In this document: in pieces, positions 11,410 through 24,074 of the stretch
Numbering within the stretch: the first letter of the stretch is position 1
Layout: each line of letters begins with the position of its first letter
Assembly (NCBI RefSeq): GCF_000315625.1
Contig: NW_005434673.1
Coordinates: forward strand, 1,387,739 to 1,423,878
Direction: 5' to 3'
DNA from: Guillardia theta CCMP2712
Taxonomy: Eukaryota > Protista > Cryptophyta
Length of the DNA: 36,140 nt
Position numbers and translations under genes: made by a program
Notes under the pieces: generated by a model
What the model saw: the letters and a program-made list of their open reading frames with translations, nothing else
The model's database searches: none
What the model was told of the DNA's origin: nothing

Positions 11410-12108
11410 TTACTTATATACACGCATCGCCCCCAAGCTCATCATAACACTCAGCAACATCATCCCCTGCACATTCGTCAGCTCTGCCTCGCCACCAGTC
11501 TTGCGCTTCACCTTGAAGCTCGTCGTTGCAGGCGAGCCATTCTTCAGCGATCCGCTGTCCTCAGTGCTCGTCGTCGTCGTCGTCGTCGTCGTCGTATCGC
11601 TCCCCGGTGAGTTGGTGTTGGTCGTGCCCGAGTCCGTCGTCGGGGACGTGTAGTAGGCATTGGCAACAGCTGCCATCGGGCACTGTCAGTCTCCTCCCTT
11701 GCCTGCTTTGTCCTCCTCCTTCTCCTCCTTGATCTCCTCCTCCCCCTGCTCACCGTAGGTGCTGAAGTGATAGATCGTCGCTGCGCACGAGCAGTTCCCT
11801 ACAGATCCCATCGAGCAGTTCCCAAGGCCCTCCGGAGTCGCGTTGAAGTTGAGCAGGTCCGACACAACCACCATCTGCACGTTCTGCAAGATCTGGCTGC
11901 ACATCTCCTTGCTCCCTGCGACCAGCCCTCCTGTCACATGCCCGGCCCCTCCCTCGCCTCCCGTCACGCTGCCTCACCGTCAATGGGGATGTCGATCGTC
12001 AAGCCCCCGTCGATGACAAGCGCCGCTGAGGGCTCGATGGTGATGACGCTGCTGACGATGTTTCCGGACGAGTAGAGCAGCGCGAAAGGGCCCTCCTGCA
12101 GCGCCGAC
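11410..12108 (-). pseudogene. 5'-truncated duplicate of the last exons of the Cys-rich/ZU5-like gene
   Basis: Homology stops mid-exon at 12108, so the signal peptide and Cys-rich exons are absent. Confidence 0.8.
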
Positions 12109-12363
12109 CCACCCAATGTCTGATCTTGCGATGCAGGCTCATACCTCTACATATTGCAAGACTAGGAGCAAGAAGAGGCTGGGTGGAGGCAACTTTCAGC
12201 AGAAGCTCGTGTTTTTTGTGTGAGTTTCTTTATTGAATAAGGATTTACATGCGAGTTTCATGTGAGTTGAATTTTTTATTCAAGTCATTGAAATGCCATG
12301 ATGGATAATGGATTTGATAATGTATTGAAGTCATTGAAATGGATAATCTATTGAAGCCTGGCA

Positions 12364-13893
12364 TTGAAATTGATAATGGATTGGATAGTCTATTCGAAGT
12401 TCTTGCAGCAGCGGTGGGATTTTGAAAGATCGAGCTTGTTCCCTCCATCCCATCTAAGGGAGGACAGAATCAAGAAACTTCAAACCAAACAGGAATACTG
12501 GCCAGAGCAAAAGAAGAAGCTTGACAAGGAGAGGAATGATACAGTGGAATACCTCCGAGCACAAAAGGAGAAGCTCGACAAAGGAGAGGGCTGAGGTCCG
12601 GGAGACAGAGGCAGACATCGCATTTTGGACGGAGAAACCCTTGAATCGTGATCTGGTTGGGCACAGAGAGGCGAACAAGCTCTTCTGTGTCGATGGATCG
12701 TTTCTTGATTCAATCAGCTCGGCACAAGCTGACGACAGGGTGTGCAAGGCCGGGTGTTTGGGTTGGATTCTAGGGCCTCCGGGGACGGGGAAGACGGCGA
12801 CGACGATGTCCTTCATACAATCGCGAGGCATTGAGGAGGGATGGAGGGTGATATGCGCCTGCCGACAGTTCGGTGGCTTGGATAAAGAAATTTCTCAGAG
12901 AATGGGCACCAAGCAAGAAGAAGTCTTTGGTGTCTATAGATGGTTACATATTGGGGGTGCAAGCACATGATTTTACGGGAGAATCGGCGGCTTGTGATTA
13001 CGACATCGATGAGCTCTCGAGCAAAGAAGAATTCCGAGCAAGATGCGAGAGAAGGTCGAAGAAATGATGGTGTATTCGTGGACAATGGAGGAGTATCTGG
13101 AAGCCTGTAGGTACGACGCGTTCTGTAAGAGTGTGGCTGATGTGATGGAATGGAGCTTGGATGAAGGCGAGAGAGACATGGATGAGACAGAACAAGAGAG
13201 AAGGTCGAGAGAAATCGAGCCAAAGGATCAGATTGTAGGAGGCTCATGCCGATATGTTTGAACGTGGGACAGATGAAGCGATCCACGAACTCCGTGACGG
13301 GATACAGGCTGTTCCTGATTTTGCGTCCCTGTTTGACATGGGGATGGGAGAGCGTGCAAACAATGCTGTGAATCGCCTGCATGGGAAGTATCGTGTCGGA
13401 GACGAGGTGCACTGGACGCTCGTCAGCAGGTTTGTTTCCACGGAGCTAGCACAGAAGCTTGGAGAATCGTTTGTGAGGCAGATTGAAGAGCTCTCTGACG
13501 CAACCGGGAATCCGACACTCAAGGGTGTGTTGTTTGAGATGCTGTTCTTTGCTCGGATAGGACGAGGGGCAGGGATGCAACTTACCATGAGGTAAGAGAG
13601 ACACACGACGATCCAGAGAAAGTCGTCGATTGGAAAAGCTGTAACGTGAAAAGTCTGGATGCAAGAGAAATCAACAAGCTGCGGGGCAAGATGAAAGTAA
13701 CAAGAGTGTGCCTGAAGCCGTTGAAATGGAATCAGGGGGGTTACGATGCTGTGATTGTTGACTGGAGTGAAAACTTTGTGCGCTTCGTGCAGGTAACGAC
13801 TGGGCAGTCGCATGACCTTAAACTGCAATACATGGCAGAGTGCCTGCAACTTTTGGGCATTAGAAAGGATGAAAGCTGGAAGGTGGAGATAGT
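12364..13893 (+). pseudogene. Diverged, frameshifted, 3'-truncated CR-type NTPase-REase paralogue (copy 0)
   Basis: Pieces in different frames: GWILGPPGTGKT, LVSIDGY, VYSWTMEEYLEA, IVGGSCRY, LKGVLFEMLFF, PLKWNQGGYDAVIVDW, FVQVT..HDLKL. Homology ends at WKVEIV. Internal deletions relative to the intact copies. Confidence 0.9.
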
Positions 13894-14496
13894 GCGGTAG
13901 AGTAAGATCTCCCAGATGATGGTCCTCCGGTTCCTGCAGTGCTGATGTATCCGAGCTTGAATGCCAGCACTAAAGATGAGGGTTTTCAGTTGTTTGATGC
14001 TACGCACCGCATAAGCCCGGGCCCCCGGACGCTGCGATGCATGAGAGCGCTTGTCGCAGAATGGCAACTGGGAGCCCGTGAAGAAATTTGTCGATTGCAG
14101 TCAGCATACTGATGGGGTGCTGTTCGAGTGTACCATGGATGACGAGCCGGGCGGCCAGAGGTTGAGGTGAGGGACGCGTCCGGGGATGACTCACGAGGAG
14201 CCCACCATCCTCCTTCCATCAGGCCATATACATAAGGAACACGATCACAACGATCACGTCCTGGTAAAGTCGCGGGGTACGAACCTGAGAAAGGAGGAGA
14301 GATGAGGGTGATGTGCGTGAGGGTGAGGGTATCAAAGTGAGAGTTGGTATTGGGATCTTTCAGTGTTCGAGCAGAGCAGCAGTTATTGCTCCAGCTGGAG
14401 GAGAACAGATGCTCTATAATATGATCAAGTCGCACCGCAACAGGCCGGGCGAGGAGTCCGCGGACTCCCACCTCCTTCGCTCTCGATCTCGCGGAT

Positions 14497-16403
14497 CTAC
14501 CTTCGCGGTCCTGAGTCCATCCCGACAACATTAGCATCAATCTCCTCCTGGCTGTATGCCCACCCGTACTTTCTAAGTATGTCTTTGTTTTCCACATGTC
14601 TCACTGCGAAGTTGTAGAGGTTCTCCTTCTTAACGATAAACACAATCCTCACCTCCCAGTTCCCCCCTGGCTCAACGCCCAAAGAATCCAGGCACTCAGA
14701 CATGTATCGCAGTTTGAGGTCATGTGTCTCCGCAATGGATCACCTGCACGAAACACACCGACGTCTTGTTCCAGTCGACGATCACTGCATCGTAAACCTC
14801 CTTGATTCCATTTCAATGGCTTCAGGCACATCCGCGTCATCCCATTCTCCGAGCCCTCGTCGATTTCGCTTGTGTCCAGATATTTCACATCGTACAAACC
14901 CCAGCGGTCCCATTTCTCTGGCACGCCTGGTGGCTCTGACTCCCTCCCTGACCTGAGCAATACCTGCAGCCCTGGCTCTCGTCCTATCCGAGCAAAGAAC
15001 AGCATCTCAAACAACACACCCTTAAGTGTCGGATTCGCAGCAATGCCAGAGAGCTCCTCAATCTCCCTCACAAAAGATTCTCCAAGCCTCTGTGCTAGCT
15101 CCGTGGCAACAAACCTGCTCACAGGCGTCCAGTACACTTGGCTTCCCATGCGATACTTCCCCTGTAGCCGATTGACAAACTGGTCTGAAGTATCGCCCAT
15201 GCTCATGTCAATGAGCTTCTTGTAATCAGCGACACTGTCCATCGCTTGACGAAGATCGTTGATTGCTTTCTCTGTCGTATGTTCGAACATATATCGGCAT
15301 GAGCCTCCAACAATCTGAAACTTCGACTCCACCTCTCTAGACCTTTTCTCTGCTTCTTTCACATCCGATTCCAAGCTCCATCCCATCACTCCAGCCACAC
15401 TCACGTAGAACAACTCGTGCCTAATGGCCTCTAGGTACTCCTCCAGTGTCCACGAGTACACCATCAGCTCCTCTACTTTCTCATTTCTATCTTGCTCAGG
15501 TTTTTTCTTTGCTCGAGAATTCATCGATGTCGTGATTACAACCCGCCGATTGGCCCGGTCCTGGTGGAGCCACAATACACATTCAGTAAGCACAGACTCA
15601 TGTAACCCCTGTTGATAACCGTCCAAGGACACGAGATACTTCTTGTCGCTCTGTGTCCATTCCCGAAGAATCCTCCTCAGCCCCTTGTCAATCTCATTGT
15701 GTGTCATCTCAACAACTCTCAACACTCCTTGATCGACTTGTAGGACTTTGACTGGACCCCACTTCCACACCCGTACGCACATCACTCCCCATTTCTTGTC
15801 CTTGCTCAGCGATAGGAGGAAGGACATNNNNNNNNNNNNNNNNNNNNNNNNNNNNNNNNNNNNNNNNNNNNNNNNNNNNNNNNNNNNNNNNNNNNNNNNN
15901 NNNNNNNNNNNNNNNNNNNNNNNNNNNGGAGGGCCCAGGATCCAACCCAAACACCCGGCCTTGCACACCTTCTCCTCGATGAAACGCCACTGCTCATTGA
16001 AGCATTCCCTGCAGTAGAGCACCTCCTGTTTTGCTTGCCCGGAGCTGAACTGATCCACAAAGGATCCACCGAGACAGAAAAGATTGCCCCCCTCTTTGTG
16101 CCCAACTGTATCACAATTCCAAGCTATCTCTGTCCAGCAAATGCTGTCTTCCTCCTTCAATTCAAGCTTCTCCCGCTTGATTCTGAGCTTCTCCTTCTCC
16201 TCCTTAATCTGCTCTTGAAGCTTCTCCTCCTTGATTCTAAGCTCCTGCTTCTCCTCCTTGATCTGCTCTTGNNNNNNNNNNNNNNNNNNNNNNNNNNNNN
16301 NNNNNNNNNNNNNNNNNNNNNNNNNNNNNNNNNNNNNNNNNNNNNNNNNNNNNNNNNNNNNNNNNNNNNNNTCCTTGTCGCTGCTATGTCGGCGTTTGGT
16401 CAT
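14497..16403 (-). pseudogene. CR-type coiled-coil/NTPase/REase gene copy A, frameshifted in the nuclease domain (or sequencing errors); two 100-N gaps
   Basis: Near-identical to 24075-26492, but the frame is lost at WNQGG|LRCS (about 14795) and resumes at MSECLDSLG. Stop at 14497-14499. Confidence 0.8.
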
Positions 16404-16932
16404 AGCGGCGCTGTGCTAGCGAAATTCCGAAAGAGCTCCTCAGAATCGTCGGGGAGGGTTCATATTGTAGGGGCAGATTTGAAACTGAGAGATGAATGGG
16501 TGGGGGTAATCGAATGACACATAGTACGGGGTTAATGGACTAGTCTAATCCAGATATATGATGGGTGGGGGTCATTTCGGAGTAGGTGGGGGTTTGCAAC
16601 AATCGCAATGGTGGCGCGTACATGGTGGGGAGGAGAGCATCCAATTTCACAGTAGCAGCACGTTGTGAGCCTGCAGAATATGTACACGTATTCAGAACTA
16701 CATTTGATATTCTAATCTTAAGTGAATGATATCTTGATTGTGTGTGGTACAACATTCTGTTTTCACCATTTTTCGAGTCGCCAACTGCTGCAGATTTGCA
16801 TTTAGAAGTACCATGCCGGATGATTTTGGTGTGCTGACTCACTTCTGAAGCCATGTTGATCTTGTACAAATGTATCTGAAAAGGATTTATTTATTAGCAA
16901 CATCATCTTATACGATTTCACCCATGATGATC

Positions 16933-17605
16933 TTAGTGCTCCTATAAGCAATTTCATCGACACGCTGGTCCGCAGATACCAAATGGTCTCTTAAGAGGAT
17001 CATTCTTGCTACAAAGTGAACAACAGAAGGTAGTGTACAAACCCTTTCCATTGCCACTTCTACAGATCCTGCATCTCACTCTTTTCGACCGCTGTGCATT
17101 CACCCCTTGTGTACTTTGTTGGATGAGCGTGGTCGTCAACAAGCATGATCCAACGGCGCTTCTGCTTCATGACTGTCATCATCCACGCTGGTATCTGTGC
17201 TATCCTGTCCTCCTCTTCTTGGGATCGATGAATCTGGACAACCTTGGTACGAATTTCTCATGAACACCAGATGACTGGGGACTTCTTTTGGTGGCATTCC
17301 AACACGGAAAATCTTGTATGCATCCACTTCAATGAACCCAAGTATCGTACAGAACATTCTGAATCTCCAGTCATGAGTTCCAACTTTTTCTTCTAGTCCC
17401 AGTCCACTCTGTCTGAGGTGATTGTGCACATCGATCACAGATGCTCCGTTGAAATATGACTTGATCATGGCTGTTCTTGGAGTTGATATCTTGTTTTTCT
17501 TCCCTGTTCCTGGCTGACCCTTCCTTCGATACCGAACTTTCAAATGGGGATCGGTTTCTTCTGTTGATCTACCATTCCCAAGTAATCAACCAAGTACCAA
17601 TCGAC
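16933..17605 (-). mobile_element. piggyBac-like DDD transposase 3' remnant (copy A)
   Basis: IKSYFNGASVIDVHNHLRQ...THDWRFRMFCTILGFIEVDAY, then in another frame the Cys-rich tail RCRIC...TTFCCSLC...GICG. Confidence 0.75.
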
Positions 17606-17609
17606 CATC

Positions 17610-20890
<3,281 letters not shown>

Positions 20891-21771
20891 CTTCTCCGAC
20901 CTTTCCTGCTGCCTGCTCATTTCTCTTCCTCTGTTTGGTTCTCTCAGTCTCCCCCATCCTCTCTTTCTCCTCCTCCTCCTCCTCCTCCTCCTCCTCCAGC
21001 GTTCTCCTCCCCCTCCTCCTCCCCCTTCCCCCCTCCTCCTCCCCCTCCCCCCTCCTCCTCCAGCAGCAGCAGCCGAGGAAGCAGAAAGAAGCAGCAGCAG
21101 CTGAGGAAGCAGAAAGAAGAAATGGAAAGGAAATCAGAAGAGGGAGGGACAAGTGGGGATGACACTAGAGGAGGAGAGAAGGGGGGTAGTACTAGAGGAG
21201 AGGAAGGGGGTAGTAGTGGAAGTTACACCAGGAACTCACCGAGCGTGTCCTCTTGCTCCCTCCAACGCATCTCCTCCTGGAGCATGTGGTCGCTATGGAG
21301 CTGAGAAAATGATCAGTCAGACTTGAAGTGCTACAAACCCCAACCCTACTTGCTCTTCCTCATTCTTCCTCCTCCTCCTCTTCCTTATTTCCGTCTCCTC
21401 CTCCTCCTCCTCATTATCATGATCATGATCATGATCATCATCATCAGCAGCAGCAGGAGCAGCAGGAGCAGTAGCCCCATTTATTCATCCCCGTATTCAT
21501 AATCATATTCCTGTACCTCCCTACTCCCCTCAGCATCCTCCTCCCTTATCCCCTCCTCCTCATCTTGTTTGAGAGCAGGTTGATCCACGGCTTGTCAGAG
21601 AGGATGGACTGCCGCGCAAGTCAGAGGAAGACTCAGCTGAGCAGTAGCTCACCTTTCTGCTGGGAACGTTCGTGCTGGGACCCTCCTGACCACATGGTGA
21701 GTGACAAGCGAGTAGGACGCTAGAAGAGAAAGAAGAGAGAGGAAAGGGAGGCGAGGATGAAGCGAGCAGAG

Positions 21772-21809
<38 letters not shown>

Positions 21810-22869
21810 GGGGGGGNNNNNNNNNNNNNNNNNNNNNNNNNNNNNNNNNNNNNNNNNNNNNNNNNNNNNNNNNNNNNNNNNNNNNNNNNNNNNNNNNNNN
21901 NNNNNNNNNNNNNNNNNNNNNNNNNNNNNNNNNNNNNNNNNNNNNNNNNNNNNNNNNNNNNNNNNNNNNNNNNNNNNNNNNNNNNNNNNNNNNNNNNNNN
22001 NNNNNNNNNNNNNNNNNNNNNNNNNNNNNNNNNNNNNNNNNNNNNNNNNNNNNNNNNNNNNNNNNNNNNNNNNNNNNNNNNNNNNNNNNNNNNNNNNNNN
22101 NNNNNNNNNNNNNNNNNNNNNNNNNNNNNNNNNNNNNNNNNNNNNNNNNNNNNNNNNNNNNNNNNNNNNNNNNNNNNNNNNNNNNNNNNNNNNNNNNNNN
22201 NNNNNNNNNNNNNNNNNNNNNNNNNNNNNNNNNNNNNNNNNNNNNNNNNNNNNNNNNNNNNNNNNNNNNNNNNNNNNNNNNNNNNNNNNNNNNNNNNNNN
22301 NNNNNNNNNNNNNNNNNNNNNNNNNNNNNNNNNNNNNNNNNNNNNNNNNNNNNNNNNNNNNNNNNNNNNNNNNNNNNNNNNNNNNNNNNNNNNNNNNNNN
22401 NNNNNNNNNNNNNNNNNNNNNNNNNNNNNNNNNNNNNNNNNNNNNNNNNNNNNNNNNNNNNNNNNNNNNNNNNNNNNNNNNNNNNNNNNNNNNNNNNNNN
22501 NNNNNNNNNNNNNNNNNNNNNNNNNNNNNNNNNNNNNNNNNNNNNNNNNNNNNNNNNNNNNNNNNNNNNNNNNNNNNNNNNNNNNNNNNNNNNNNNNNNN
22601 NNNNNNNNNNNNNNNNNNNNNNNNNNNNNNNNNNNNNNNNNNNNNNNNNNNNNNNNNNNNNNNNNNNNNNNNNNNNNNNNNNNNNNNNNNNNNNNNNNNN
22701 NNNNNNNNNNNNNNNNNNNNNNNNNNNNNNNNNNNNNNNNNNNNNNNNNNNNNNNNNNNNNNNNNNNNNNNNNNNNNNNNNNNNNNTAACTACGCAGCGA
22801 TTGATCCTCCCCACCCCTCCTCTTCCCCTCCTCCTCTTCCCACCTTCTCTGCGTCCTGCACGACTGGAT

Positions 22870-23543
22870 GGTCGATTGGTACTTGGTTGATTACTTGGGA
22901 ATGGTAGATCAACAGAAGAAACCGATCCCCATTTGAAAGTTCGGTATCGAAGGAAGGGTCAGCCAGGAACAGGGAAGAAAAACAAGATATCAACTCCAAG
23001 AACAGCCATGATCAAGTCATATTTCAACAGAGCATCTGTGATCGATGTGCACAATCACCTCAGACAGAGTGGACTGGGACTAGAAGAAAAAGTTCCAACT
23101 CATGACTGGAGATTCAGAATGTTCTGTACGATACTTGGGTTCATTGAAGTGGATGCATACAAGATTTTCCGTGTTGGAATGCCACCAAAAGAAGTCCCCA
23201 GTCATCTGGTGTTCATGAGAAATTCGTACCAAGGTTGTCCAGATTCATCGATCCCAAGAAGAGGAGGACAGGATAGCACAGATACCAGCGTGGATGATGC
23301 CAGTCATGAAGCAGAAGCGCCGTTGGATCATGCTTGTTGACGACCACGCTCATCCAACAAAGTACACAAGGGGTGAATGCACAGCGGTCGAAAAGAGTGA
23401 GATGCAGGATCTGTAGAAGTGGCAATGGAAAGGGTTTGTACACTACCTTCTGTTGTTCACTTTGTAGCAAGAATGATCCTCTTAAGAGACCATTTGGTAT
23501 CTGCGGACCAGCGTCTCGAAGAAATTGCTTATAGGAGCACTAA
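22870..23543 (+). mobile_element. piggyBac-like transposase 3' remnant (copy B)
   Basis: YFNRASVIDVHNHLRQ and WRFRMFCTILGFIEVDAY, then the Cys-rich domain RCRIC..CCSLC..GICGPASRRNCL*EH. Frameshifted, with a premature TAG and no N-terminal catalytic part. Confidence 0.75.
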
Positions 23544-24074
23544 GATCATCATGGGTGAAATCGTATAAGATGATGTTGCTAATAAATAAATCCTTTTCAG
23601 ATACATTTGTACAAGATCAACATGGCTTCAGAAGTGAGTCAGCACACCAAAATCATCCGGCATGGTACTTCTAAATGCAAATCTGCAGCAGTTGGCGACT
23701 CAAAAAATGGTGAAAACAGAATGTTGTACCACACACAATCAAGATATCATTCACTTAAGATTAGAATATCAAATGTAGTTCTGAATACGTGTACATATTC
23801 TGCAGGCTCACAACGTGCTGCTACTGTGAAATTGGATGCTCTCCTCCCCACCATGTACGCGCCACCATTGCGATCGTTGCAAACCCCCACCTACTCCGAA
23901 ATGACCCCCACCCATCATATATCTGGATTAGACTAGTCCATTAACCCCGTACTATGTGTCATTCGATTACCCCCACCCATTCATCTCTCAGTTTCAAATC
24001 TGCCCCTACAATATGAAACCCTCCCCGACGATTCTGAGGAGCTCTTTCGGAATTTCGCTAGCACAGCGCCGCTA

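Larger units (their letters stand above)
10305..12108 (-). repeat. Right arm of palindrome 1
   Basis: Reverse complement of 7576-9410 with scattered substitutions and an (ACG)n tract 5 units shorter. Confidence 0.95.

Noticed and set aside
13741-14067. PFCDKRSH resembling a CDGSH motif
   Set aside because: No upstream C-x-C, and no DNA similarity to the CDGSH copies that I could see; treated as chance.
23607-23936. 109-aa ORF conserved in three copies (also 16540-16869 and 31047-31376)
   Set aside because: TTG start, AT-rich and no recognisable motif; conservation is explained by recent duplication. Probably the 3' non-coding region of the transposon.
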